From: Octopus vulgaris | Taxonomy: Eukaryota | Direction of reading: 5' to 3' | Length of the DNA stretch: 64,000 bases | NCBI GenBank assembly: GCA_951406725.2 | Contig: OX597831.1 | Span: forward strand, 4,030,001 to 4,094,000 | Shown here: piece after piece, positions 11,290-24,052 of the stretch | Layout of the letters: each line of letters begins with the position of its first letter | Position numbering within the stretch: the first letter of the stretch is position 1 | Notes under the pieces: model-generated | Seen by the model: the letters and a program-made list of their open reading frames with translations, nothing else | Told to the model about the DNA's origin: nothing | Database searches by the model: none | Program-made: the position numbers and the translations under genes

Positions 11290-13951
11290 GCACACACTCT
11301 CACACACACACTCTCACACACACATCATTATTCGCACATCCCTATATGTATAAACGGATATTAACTTTACAAAGTAAACAAAATGAAGATAATATATCTA
11401 TATACAGATATATATTATTTTTCTTTTTTAAATTCCACGAACTTCGAAATTCTCAAGACTGTTATGAAAACTGAAAGAATGGTAAAACATTCTACCACTT
11501 CAGAAGGAAAATAGCTTTAGAATTTTCTGGAACAATTCTTTACATACGAACAATTCTTAGCATTAAATTATAAAAAGAAACATTGTGTATAATACTGAAT
11601 TACGTTGCTTCGAATGTCGAAGTGCATACGGGCAAGGAAACTCATGTAGTCACATTGGATCTCTCTTTCGATTCTCGATAGAATCTACATTAATTTTAAT
11701 GCTACAGTTTTTTTTATTTAGATATAGTGAGATTTTGTAACGTTCGTACTATTTTAAAAGACATGTTTGGATTCTGTGATTATTTCTTCCCTTTAGTTCC
11801 ATGCTATTTCTGGATTATCACATCTATGATCCAAGAATCTTATCTCGTTAACAACATGTCTGTATTTTAAGAGTATCGAGGACTACTTAACCTAATGTGT
11901 CCTTGCTGTCTTGCTAGTATTTGGTAATTACGCCACCTTCCCAACCCTGCTTTCCATTCTTGTATGCCCTCATATACACCTTTTCACCAACTTTAAAGAA
12001 TCTTGCTATGTCTTCCCTGGCACTTTTTCTTTTCTTGCCAGGTAGCAATCTATCAAAGACTAATTTTACTTTCCTTACAAACATTAGCTCAGTTGGTGAG
12101 CTACCTGCTGGTGTATTCGGATTTTGTGTCACACAGTACAGTCTTAAAAATTGTTGTAGAGTTACCTCATCCGTGACTTCCTAATTTGATTTTTTAATGG
12201 CTCTCTTGAAGGTATTGACAAAGAGTTCTGCCTGTCCGTTAGATCTGAGATGGTATGGCGCAGTAGTTACATGTTCTAACGCCAACGTTTCACAAAACTT
12301 TTAAAATTCGCTAGACACAAATTGCGTTTCATTGTCAGACATTATCTTGTCTGAGATGCCAAATCTTGCAAACAATTCGTGTAAAAAAAATTTATCACAG
12401 TTGAGGAGGTTGGTTTTTTTATACTTGCAAATTTCAGGCCATTTCGAAAAAACTATCAACTACCACTAAGTAGTAAGAACTATTTAAAGGACCAGCGAAA
12501 TCGATGTGTAGTCTCGACTACGGAACATCTACTTTTGGCCAAGGTTCACTTTCTATAGTAGGCAATTTTGCTGCTATAGCCTTTCACCGAATTTTCGATT
12601 TTTCTCTCCATCTTTGGACAAAATACGTAACTGCGCTTTAACGCTTTCATCCTTGGAATATCAAGATGTCTGACCTGAAATTCTCTCAGCATTTTCTTTT
12701 GTAGTGTTTCCGGTATCACTATTTTCTCTGTATACATCAGTACACCATCACACATTGAGTATAGGTTCACATCTTGGTTTCGTTTCGCACCAAACCTGTT
12801 CCTATCTTCTTTTGTTGACCACAATGTTTTCTGTTTCCTTTATAAACTTGTCTTTAACCGCAAGTTCTTTGCTAACCAGTCTATTGCTGCGAATGGTGCA
12901 TTCCGTTTGGCCTAAAGACCGGTGTTACACTTTGTTTTACAGCGCCTTTAGCTTTTGTTTTTGTATAATAACCCAATTTTTCAAAAAAAAAACAGAAAAA
13001 AAAAATCTGGAACTAATGTTTTTTTAAATGTTTTGTTACAGTCCTCCGGCCTCATTTGAACATTTGACTGGCCCAACTACATTCCCACACAATTTGAATA
13101 GTTCCACCCACTCTGTGCCAAATAAATTAAGTGAATCTTTTAATATATATATCTTTGACTTTTTCATTTGACCTCGAAATGTTACATTATATACAAATTT
13201 ACCGAAAAAAATATAATCTTTTTTCCCGTAACGTCATGTGCTACCTTTTTAGATTTAATCAATTTCGGCTTAGCAACATATTTACACGTTTTCTCGTTTA
13301 TAATGGTAATATCACTACTACTAGTGTCCAATTGTATTTTAACACTTGTATTTCTGATTTTCCCCTTCACGAATTTCCTCATCATCATTTTACCAATTTC
13401 TTCCGATGACGTACTATTTATTCTTTTTCTTTTGTTCTGATATTGTCATCTTTATTCTACAGTGCACCTTTATTTGTCTTATATTTCCACAACGAAAGCA
13501 CTTCACTTTTTTAAATGGATAATTTTTCCTGAGGTGTATACCTCCATATGCAAAACATGGATTTATTTCCTAATTTTTGTCGTGTTTTATCTCTATTCTG
13601 ACTATTTCTCACTTCCTTTACTTGGAAACAATCTTTAGGTTCAGTTTCCTGGGTGTCGTGTCTTAATTTGACTACCACTTCACGTTCTTCTGACACTTGC
13701 TGTAAGTTTACATCTCGGTTTTGTTCCAGCTTAGCTAGAATTCTGCATCCTTTTCGGCAATAAGTCCCTGTTTAAAAATTAAGCATTTGAATATATCTGG
13801 CGTTAATTCATACAACTTAAACTTCTCGCTTTCCCTATGTACTCTACCCGCATATGTGATGTAGTTCTCGTCGTTGGTTTTCTCTATGTTCAGACACTTC
13901 GAACGTGTGTTGAACAATGAAGTTTTTTCACTGAAAATTTTACGCAATATA

Positions 13952-14376
13952 TTCTCTTTACTCTTTTACTTGTTTCAGTCATTTGACTGCGGCCATGCTG
14001 GAGCACCGCCTTTAGTCGAGCAAATCGACCCTGGGACTTATTCTTTGTAAGCTCAGTACTTATTCTATCGCTCTCTTTTGCCGAACCGCTAAGTGACGGG
14101 GACGTAAACACACCAGCATCGGTTGTCAAGCAATGCTAGGGGGACAAACACAGACACACAAACATATACACACACACACTTATATATATATATATATATA
14201 CATATATACGACAGGCTTCTTTCAGTTTCCGTCTACCAAATCCACTCACAAGGCATTGGTCGGCCCGGGGCTATAGCAGAAGACACTTGCCCAAGATGCC
14301 ACGCAGTGGGACTGAACCCGGAACCATGTGGTTGGTTAGCAAGCTACACTTACCACACAGCCACTCCTGCGCCTAT
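13952..14376 (-). mobile_element. Full-length SINE family A inserted in Gypsy gag
   Basis: Head ataggcgcaggagtggctgtgtggtaag...ggttcagtccc and tail gtaaaagagtaaaagag. Gag reads through when the SINE is removed. Confidence 0.9.
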
Positions 14377-14899
14377 TATGTCATTAAAATTTATGTCCGA
14401 AAGTTTTGTTGGGAGTACATAATCTTTCATGTTCTTTTGCCACCAGTTTTCTCAAGATTAAGCGCGTTTTCATCTCGTTATTGCAGTCTTTACATTCTTT
14501 ATCGAAGATTTGATCATATCTTCTGCAGTGTGCTGCGAAGGTGTCTCCTTCGTCAGGTTCGTATTTGAACTCTGTTATGGAGTTCGCGACATAGTCTGGC
14601 GAGAACACTTTTTCTGACTTTCCTGTCGACTTCAGTCCTTTCGGTTCTTTCAGTTGTTGTTGGTGGTGTTGTTGTTGCTTCAGCTGTTGTTCTGGCAGTT
14701 GTAGTTGCTGCTGTTGTTGTTGTTGTTGTTGTTGTTGTTGCTGTTTTGTAACTCGTGCAAACCGGCCAACAAATTTTCCATAATTTTACGAATTTTTTTT
14801 GTGTAAAATTCGCACAACAAAACTTTATGAGTTTATTAACTCCCCTTCGAATTTATTAATTTCTCGCCGAGTTTATTAATTTCTCGTGAGTTGTTTAAA

Positions 14900-14912
14900 T
14901 CCTCGTCGCCAC
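14900..14912 (-). promoter_or_regulatory. Primer binding site of the Gypsy element
   Basis: Minus strand ...ttataaca|gTGGCGACGAGGA, where TGG is complementary to the tRNA 3' CCA. Confidence 0.75.
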
Positions 14913-15293
14913 TGTTATAATCCTTAAAATGCTAGATTTATAACGCCCACTTCGGTATACAATATACTTAGTAAAACCAGTAAAGATATGACTCTCTTTG
15001 GTCACTTACTACATACTCTCGTACTTCACAAACTTCTCTTTACTTATAGTGACTAGATTGTTCTATTTGTCAGGTGGGATGAGTATCATTATTATTAATT
15101 CCCTACAATACTTTTACACAAAGCTAGGAACTTTTCAGCACCCCTGTCATTAAATGCGATTAGGGTGTTAGAAACACCTACATTACTAGAAATAAGAGCT
15201 AAACTGCTCTAATACTGTAGTCAAAGCACATATTGTATGTATACAGTATATACAGACAGGGACTATAATCGTCCGATAACGCCACTCGAGAAT

Positions 15294-15343
15294 TCCTTAT
15301 CTGAATTCAGTTTCAGCAATTTCCGTTGCCTCATCAGTAGGGA
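15294..15343 (-). ncRNA. Type I hammerhead motif lacking U16.1
   Basis: Minus strand reads tcccta CTGATGA ggcaa cggaaa ttgct GAAA ctgaattcag A taagga. It lies inside a segment bounded by tatacagacag / ctgtctgtata. Confidence 0.65.
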
Positions 15344-16413
15344 CTGGCTCTACCTCGACAGATTTCGGACTTCATTCTCTGTCTGTATATATATTTCCAT
15401 CATAGAAATCTATGGATGATTTAGCGAATCACTAATGTGTATACGTAAAATTAAAATATATAAGAGAATAGTAGCCATACGTGTGTGTGTGTGTGCGCGT
15501 ACATGTGTGTGTGTGTGTTTGTGTGTGATATACATTACAAAATATTATGTAATTTTGCGATTGTTAATTGGATACCACTTGAGGATATATTCTAGAATAA
15601 ATATATGCACACATATACACACATTGGTAGGATGTGCGTAATGTATCGCTGGCAATAGAATGTATTATAGCCATTAGTGGAGTGTACACATTAAATTGAA
15701 TCAAAATTAATTGAGTTAATTTTATGAGTATGGCATATGACAGATTGTGAATGGATAAATACAAATGGGTTGTTTACGCACACGTATAGAATTAGTATTA
15801 TATTAGTCTATTAAAACGTTGAGATTTAGATGTATAGTTCAGTGTATATGCATGCAAAATCAAATGTCATTATATGTACGAGTGTAGTAGCAATTTGTTG
15901 CGGACGGGCAGGCTGTTTCATCTGTTGTTCAGTCGATTAGCGATTACACATTGTGACAGGATCATAAGTAGTAAGAAACGCTAGCGAAAGCTGAACAGAA
16001 AATCTTCTTCAGAGAAGAAGCATCCTCTACACTTATATAAGTGCTTCGACACTTAACTCCTTACTCTGTAAGAGTGCCGGATCCTGATTACGCCCTTATT
16101 ATAATTGCTGGATACCCTTTGTGGTCACATTTTGTGTTCATCTTTGGGTCCTAACTTTTACATTTCTCGGTGGTCAGGTGCCCCAATGTCAAATTGCCTT
16201 TGGTGATGTAAGCAATGGAATGCAGTATAATTTATACCTTCTGAACTTCAATTCCATTTCTCATCAACCAGGTACTCTTTTCCTCTACTATTTCTTTGCT
16301 TCAGTTTCCCTTTTTGTGTTATTCAGAGAGTGGTCATACGCTTTACCAAGTTTCTTTTACCACCAATGGAACAGCTTGAACAATAACAGTGAACAAGATC
16401 CTGTCCCCACATA

Positions 16414-16471
<58 letters not shown>

Positions 16472-16480
16472 TATATATAT

Positions 16481-16672
16481 AAAGGGAAAGTTTACGAAAA
16501 TAAACAAAAGACGAAGGCAGGTGGAGTACAAACAAACAAATGTATTAGTATAGCGCTCAGGAATAGAAAAAATTCTTTTACGTTTCGAGTCTACGCTCTT
16601 CGACAGAAAGATACACAGAAAAAAACAAGGAGAGAAAAAAAATGCGTGTAGGAGCTAACGATCTATCATGGC
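16481..16672 (-). mobile_element. PLE-terminus-like ~200-bp repeat in (TA)n with minimal HHR (16574-16611)
   Basis: Reverse complement of the 38464-38672 copy. Motif tcttt CTGTCGA a gagc gtag actc GAAA cg TA aaaga. Confidence 0.7.
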
Positions 16673-16756
16673 GTCCATATATATATATAGATATATATGT
16701 ATAGATGCAAGTATGTACATATACGTATGTATATATGCATATATATATATTTTATA

Positions 16757-16839
<83 letters not shown>

Positions 16840-17037
16840 GAAATCAGTGTATGCGCACAGACACACACTCACGCACACACATATATAGGTATGTATGTTT
16901 ATTATTAGTCTTATAATGTTAGTTTTGACCAAGCTATTGTATTATTTACACAATGTAAGAATAAAATTATATTTACCTCTTTAACTGTCTCCACCTATGC
17001 TCAGAAATTACATGTGTGTGTTTGTGTGTGTGTACAA

Positions 17038-17111
<74 letters not shown>

Positions 17112-17716
17112 TTGGTGTTTTTGAAACGACGCAAACAAAAAAAAAGCACAAATTATAAACAGCAAATGTAAGTAACTGAAAAATGACTCAATTCTGTTCC
17201 GAAATAGATTTGAACATTTCATTTGACAGAAATAGAAAGTGACTGCGATTTTCAAGTTTCGCCGTGAACGGTTTGTGAAACATTAAAGAAATTATAACTA
17301 TACAAAGAATGTATGTATGTATGTATGTACGTATGCATCCATGCGTGCATGTATGTATGTATCAAGTACACAAATGTATATATACATATGTAAATGAGAA
17401 AGAATGATAGATAGGAAAGAGTAAGAAGAGAGAGATGCTCTACAAAATATGGGAGGAGATAGAAAGTGATAGTAAAGTATGAAAGAAAGAATATTTGAAA
17501 GGGAATGGCATTGTTCTAACAGAAATAATCATCCAAATGAATTAGAATTAATGTTTAGGAAAAATATATATATTAGAAGTACTTTCAACCAGAGGTTGTA
17601 TACAAAAAATTAAATAAATCAAATCAATGAAATAAAAAAAAGAAAACAAACATGGATGCATATATATCAGTTCTTATATCGAAGTGAATGCAAATGCGCG
17701 CGCAGACACATATACA

Positions 17717-17782
<66 letters not shown>

Positions 17783-18030
17783 CATACTATACATACATAC
17801 TTATAAGCATACATATTGTTATGTATGTATTATACACACAGACACATATAGAGCGAATATTTAGTCGTATGTTAATAACATGTAGAAATATATATAAATA
17901 TTCGAGCATAAATATGTATATATAATTAAGAATATATATATAAATACATATATATATGTATATATATATTATATATATATATCTATATATATATATATAT
18001 ATGTACACACACACATATATTTATATGCAT

Positions 18031-18597
18031 CAGGAGTTGGACTCAATCTACAGATGGGCTGAGGATAATAATATGCAGTTTAATGCTGAAATTTTCCAGG
18101 CCCTGCGTTACCAGCATCCAAAACTGAATATTAAACTTACAGGATACACCGGTCCACAGGGAATTTCAATCCCAGAGCCTAAGTCTGTGAGGGACCTGGG
18201 TATCGACATGAGTGATGATACCTCTTTCCAAGTGCACATTACCAGGATGGCGACAAAGTGCAGACGACTGGCTGGGTGGATCCTAAGAACATTCAGAACC
18301 AGAGATAAGGAAACCATGATGGTCCTCTGGCGGACATTCGTCCTCAGTCGCCTGGATTACTGCTCACAGCTATGGTCACCCACCAGTGTAAAATTAACAG
18401 TGGACCTTGAAGCAATCCGGAGAAGATTCACAAAGAAGATCGTCTCTTTGCAACAGCTCAGCTACTGGGAAAGGTTGACACAGCTAAGACTCTACTCCCT
18501 AGAGAGAAGACGGGAGAGGTATGCAGGGATATATGTCTGGAAGATCCTGGAAGGAATTGTGCCAAATTTTGGCATTGTAAGCTACACCAATGCTCGC
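18031..18597 (+). mobile_element. CR1-group LINE ORF2 C-terminal fragment
   Basis: Open frame QELDSIYRWAEDNNMQFN..VRDLGI..ILRTF..SRLDYCSQLWSP..YWERLTQLRLYSLERRRER, typical of the CR1/L2-group RT tail. Confidence 0.9.
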
Positions 18598-19007
18598 ATA
18601 TATATACCTGTAGCAAGAATACTGGCCAAGTTCCAAACACTGATTCTATACAGGATTTTTTTGTCGGGGATTGATGCCGTCTGCTAGCAACTAAACATTC
18701 AGGCTCCTGCTGACCGTCGAAGCTGTAAACAGCTCAACCATTTAGGCGATAAACAGCATATTGGAATATCGATCTTGTCTTTGGTCCCTTTTCTTTCTCA
18801 GACCATCGGGTAAGTGATGCTAGTTTGCCTGGTAACTGATACAGTAATCATGACACAGCGTAAGCCATCTGTGGTAGGAACTTACACCACTCTCACCGGC
18901 TACAGGATTCGAAAACCTCAGCATTTCTCTATTGTTGCTGACATATACGCCTTGCACGGAGACATGCGGTCTGACTCAGGTGATGCAATCATATATTTTT
19001 CTGTCGT

Positions 19008-19164
19008 TGTCGTGGCTGTGTGGTAAGAAGATTGCTCCCCAACCACATGGTTGTTGGTTAAGTCCCACTGTGTGGCACCTTGTGTAAGTGTCCTCTAGTA
19101 TAGCCTCGAGCCGACCAAAGCCTTGTGACTTGATTTGGTAGACGGAAATTGAAAGAAGCCTGTC

Positions 19165-19218
<54 letters not shown>

Positions 19219-19790
19219 ATAAATATATGTGTGTGTGTGTGTGTCCTTTCGGTGCGAATGGTTTTGTTATACGGCGCTGTATAACAAATACATTCGCACT
19301 GAAAGCCTTTATAGAAAGTTTATTTACATAAAAATAAATACGAACTAATGAAGTTCTTAAATTTGACAGGGAAGCTGGTTCGCTGGTGCAAAGGTAACAC
19401 ACTAAGTCGCGTTAGCAAAAGGATGTGGGTTCGAGTCCCACGTAGATAGGAAAGCCTTCTTTTTTCCTTAGTCATTGCACGGTGATCGCCATTAGCTTTA
19501 AGCTTATATAAAAAAAACACCATATATCTATCTATCTATCTATATATATATATATATATAGATGTGTGTGTGCGTGCACATGTTTGTTGCCCCACACTAC
19601 TTGACGATCGGTGTTGGCTTGCTTACGTCCCCGTAACCTAACGATTCGGCCAAAAGAGGACGATAGAAATTGTACCGGGTCTAAGAAAATTGAAGTGTGG
19701 TCGAGTCATTCGACTAAAAGAAAAGTTCTTTTTGGTAGTGCCCCAGCATAGCCGCAGTCTATTGACTGAAACGGATAACAGAAAAAAGAT
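19008..19790 (+). mobile_element. SINE family A, diverged, with a foreign insert (~19244-19522) in its microsatellite
   Basis: Head gtggctgtgtggtaag...gtcccactg, then the tail gccgcagtc..gactgaaac. Confidence 0.8.
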
Positions 19791-19859
19791 TAATATATTT
19801 GGATTTCAGACAGATTTTTGCTTTTCTGTCAACTAAACAAAACTACTTTATTATCACAT

Positions 19860-20185
19860 AAAAAGACTCCGCCGGTTACGACGACGAGGGTCCCAGCTGA
19901 TACGATCAACGGAACAGCTTGCTCGTGAAATTAACGTGCAAATGGCTGAGCATTCCACAGACACGTGTACCCTTAACGTAGTTCTCGGGGATAATCAGCG
20001 TGACACAGAGAGTGACAAGGCTGACCCTTTGAAATACAAGTACAACTCATTTTTGCCAGCTGAGTGGACTGGAGCAACGTGAAATAAAGTGTCTTGCTCA
20101 AGGACACAACGCGTCGCCGGGAATCGAACTCACAATCTTACGATCATGAGCCGAATGCCCTAACCACTAAGCCACGCGCCCTCAC
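19860..20185 (-). mobile_element. tRNA-derived SINE family C, full length with 10-bp TSD
   Basis: Minus-strand head ggcgcgtggcttagtggttagg...gagttcgattccc, followed by tgtgtccttgagcaagacac. TSD attatcacat at 19850-19859 and 20186-20195. Confidence 0.9.
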
Positions 20186-22167
20186 ATTATCACATGACTT
20201 TGCAAGTTATTCGCAGTCAAACAATGAAGTAGTGAGCGGTTTAGCAGAAGTCTAAATACGTTTTAAATGAAGACCGTGAGTATTTAAAGAAAACATCGTG
20301 GAAAATAACCATGATTAATAAAAAGACATAGATTTACCAGAGAGAGAAAGTATTGAAGTTTGTATAATGTAGCATAAATGAACAGGAAAAGCAAAAGATC
20401 AAGCAGGATGAATTAAGAACCGAATAGAAACACGGGGACAGGAAAATGGCGGGTAGGGTGAAAATGAAGAGAAAGGAAGGAAGAAATAAAAGGAAAAAAT
20501 GAAAGACAGAGAGCAACCTTAGAATCTAATATTGGCCTTTTAAATGAGGAAATATTGCAATAATTATTAACATTCAGCTATGCTATAATCCACAAGTTTG
20601 GTTGTGCAAGTCAAGAAGTATGAGTTAAATAACAAACTTAATCAATAAATAGATGTAGATAAGAACGAATGTTGTGATTTGACGAAATCTTTTACGTAGT
20701 CAATAATCACGAAAGAGAAACGAACAAAAAGCTTAAAGATAATTTCAGAATAGATGATAGGAAAAATATGATTTCAGAAGAAAGAAAAACATACGTAAAA
20801 ATTATAATAGAGAAGTGGTTTGGACAAAAGCTCAGAAAATATATTAGTGGTGGTGGTGGTGGTGGTAGTGGTGGTGGGGATAGTTTGAAGGAGATGCAAA
20901 ATAAGGTAGGAATTAATTATTTACAAGGTTGTTTTTTTTTTTTAAAAATTGAATGTGAAAGAATAAATAATACGGTTAGGTCTCAAATGTGAGAGGTTTC
21001 TTATTATTAAAGGTGATAAGCTTTCAAAAATGTTTGTGTTTACGCTGCTTAGATTTTATATAGTTTGAATTTACATCGAAGAGATCATAATAAAGAAAAA
21101 TAAAACTACATACATACATACATACGTACATGCATATATATATATATATATATTAATCAATATAGGGTGGCAAAAAAATTTTGTAGAATTCTTTTGCCAC
21201 CAGCGGCTCAGTGGGAAAAAATTAAATAGTCATAAACCATTTTTAAATTCAACATCAACAATCAAGGAACGGCCATAATAGTCCATTCACCCACTAGAAA
21301 TAACAGCCAAAAGCTTTAACCGCAAAATAACATTAATTTATATATGTATATATAAGTGTATGTATGTGTATGTATATGTATGTATGTGTATATATGTATA
21401 TATATGTGTATATATACATATATACATACACTCATATATATGTATATATAAGGCTTCCGGAAGACTAATCCCTGCGCATGCGTGGATGAAAACCCCAAAA
21501 GGGTGTCCGGAACCAGGCGTCACTACATATTCATATGTATATATAATACTTCATAATACATAAAAAAACATATGTATATATATACACATGCATACATACA
21601 TGCATACATTTATACATACATACATACATGCATACATACATACATACGTACGTACGTACGTACATACATACATACATACATACATACATACATACATACA
21701 TACACATAAACTCTTTGAATTCATCTTAGTAACAAGGAGACAAAGGCTCTTCAATTGAAATTTATGTCCCTATAATCGTGAAAAGTTTCATGGTGAATTT
21801 TATGAAAGTTTGTTATATTTCCATTGTTCAGCTTATAGATTATTTTGGGAGAATCTATGTTTCATATTCTTATTTCTTTACGTGAAGACCTTAATTACTG
21901 CGATTAGGGCTTAAATACCTAGTAACACAGAGTATGTCAATATTCAGAAATGCATTATGCCTCACACAAACACACATACACACACATATCCCCTGTCAGA
22001 ATATGAAAATGCGTTTTCTTGCAACTCTAAGGGTTGCAACTCCTATTTCTAGCAATACAGATGCTACCCAGCACCCTCTCACACCGTTAATGACTATTGA
22101 ATTTTTTTCTGTATTGGTTTTTATATTGCATATGGCTGTCTTCGTTATTTTATATGTATACTCCCTT

Positions 22168-22551
22168 TCTTTTACTTGTTTCAGTCATCTGACTGCGGCC
22201 ATGCTGGAGCACCGCCTTTAGTCGAGCAACTCGACCCCGGGGACTTATTCTTTGTAAGCCCAGTACTCATTCCATCGGTCTCTTTTGCCGAACCGCTAAG
22301 TGACGGGGACATAAACACACTAGCATCGGTTGTCAAGCAATGCTAGGGGGGACAAACACAAACATACACGCACACATATATATATACATATATACGACGG
22401 GCTTCTTTCAGTTTCCGTCTACCAAATCCACTCACAAGGCTTTGGTCGGCCCGAGGCTATAACAGAAGACACTTGCCCAAGCTGCCACGCTGTGGGACTG
22501 AACCCGGAACCATGTGGTTGGTAAACAAGCTACTTACCACACAGCCACTCC
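22168..22551 (-). mobile_element. SINE family A
   Basis: Near-identical to 13952-14376. Confidence 0.9.
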
Positions 22552-22649
22552 TTATAAATATATGATATATATATTTATAAGAATTTTTTGCGTAATAAGA
22601 TAAAAAAAACCCAAGGCAGTGTAGATATTAGAGCATTTATAGATAGAAG

Positions 22650-22701
22650 GTCTTACAGCTGTTTCTAGGATATTTATTAATTATATTCCTTCATCGGAGA
22701 C
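22650..22701 (-). ncRNA. Type I hammerhead motif with U4C core
   Basis: Minus strand reads gtct CCGATGA aggaatat aattaataa atatccta GAAA cagctg TA agac, with a palindromic stem III. Confidence 0.65.
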
Positions 22702-22939
22702 GGTGTGAGAGGATAGTTAAGTCATAGTTAGTTTCGATGTAATATAAAGTAGAGAGTGAGGTGTAGGAAAGAAAATAGATGCAAGATATGTATGGGTATT
22801 GAAGTTTGCCTAAAAAATGGATTTACAACTTTGATGTTGAAATTCCACTGAAGGAGCCTTGGATCTAATTTAGAAACCGATACTTTCTTTATTGACAAGA
22901 AATCTTGAAATAAACTGAATAATGACATACTTACATACA

Positions 22940-24052
22940 CTGGGATTATATAACACTCTGCCTAAGTAACAATCTTGAGATGCTAGGCTTCTCAAAACCA
23001 GAAAGGAGAAAGCGGATTCGAAGACTACAGAACCAAGCCATCTCTGGAATTTTATGAATTTGTAAAACTTTCCAAGAGTTTATCATTTAAGTATATACGC
23101 GCATGTCTAGACATGCAAATATATGCATGAGAATACATGCATAAAGCATAAATCTTCACATGCAATGACTCCAAAGACTGCACATATAAATGCATACATA
23201 CACACATACATACATACATACATACATACATACATACGTACGTACGTACGTACATACATACATACATGCATTCATACATATATACATACATACATACATG
23301 CATGCATGCATGCATACATACATACATACATACATACATGCATACATACATGCATACATACGTACGCACATACATACATACATACATACATACATACATA
23401 CATACATACATACATGCATGCATACATACATACATACATACATGCATATATACATGCATACATACATACATACATACATACATACATACATACATACATA
23501 CATACATACATACATACATACATACATACATACATACATACATACATACATACATACATACATACATACATACATGTACGCACATACATACATACATACA
23601 TACATACATACATACATGCATACATACGTACGCACATACATACATACATACATACATACATACATACATACATACATACATACATACATACATACATACA
23701 TACATACATACATACGTACGTACATACATACATACATACATACATACATACATACATACATACATACATACATACATACATGCATACATACGTACGCACA
23801 TACATACATACATACATACATACATACATACATACATACATACATACATACATACATACATACATACATACATGCATACATACATACATACATACATACA
23901 TACATACATACATGCATACATACGTACGCACATACATACATACGTACGTACATACTCTGTTGATGTTGTTGAAATTCCAAAGCCTTGGATCTAAGATAGA
24001 AACCAGATATTTCTCTATTGGTAGGAAATCTTGAAAGAAATCTGAATAATGC
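22940..24052 (+). mobile_element. 3' end of a probable RLE-type non-LTR retrotransposon with expanded (TACA)n in its 3' UTR
   Basis: Coding-like tail LCLSNNLEMLGFSKPERRKRIRRLQNQAISGIL*ICKTFQEFII*, then UTR, ~750 bp of (TACA)n and the terminal module gatgttgaaattcca..ttggatcta..gaaatcttgaaa..ctgaataat. The same module occurs at 22830-22926 and inverted at 32345-32450. Confidence 0.6.

Larger units (their letters stand above)
11900..15120 (-). mobile_element. Degenerate Ty3/Gypsy LTR retrotransposon (Mag-like): gag, protease and integrase present, RT/RNaseH deleted
   Basis: PBS TGGCGACGAGGA follows the LTR end ...ataaCA (14900-14914). Gag starts at ATG 14781 (polyQ, SITEFKYEPDEGDTF, IFSEKTSLFNTR, Cys/His knuckle remnants). 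Protease QLDTSSSDITII lies at ~13310-13345. Integrase includes RLHIDFAGP, LVVVDSFSKWPEI, SDNETQF and PYHLRSNGQAE (11914-12800). The outer LTR boundary is uncertain and no 3' LTR is seen. Confidence 0.9.

Noticed and set aside
17956-18687. 243-aa ORF as a host gene
   Set aside because: The N-terminus is (TA)n and the core is a CR1-type LINE fragment without the RT catalytic domain.
18802-18809. 8-nt micro-exon (tttctcAG|accatcgg|GTAAGT)
   Set aside because: The sites are strong but not frame-preserving, no host gene is identified, and such a match can occur by chance in 64 kb.
19376-19450. Functional tRNA gene
   Set aside because: The T-arm is present but there is no acceptor stem or proper anticodon arm. 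The SINE heads elsewhere are likewise only tRNA-derived.
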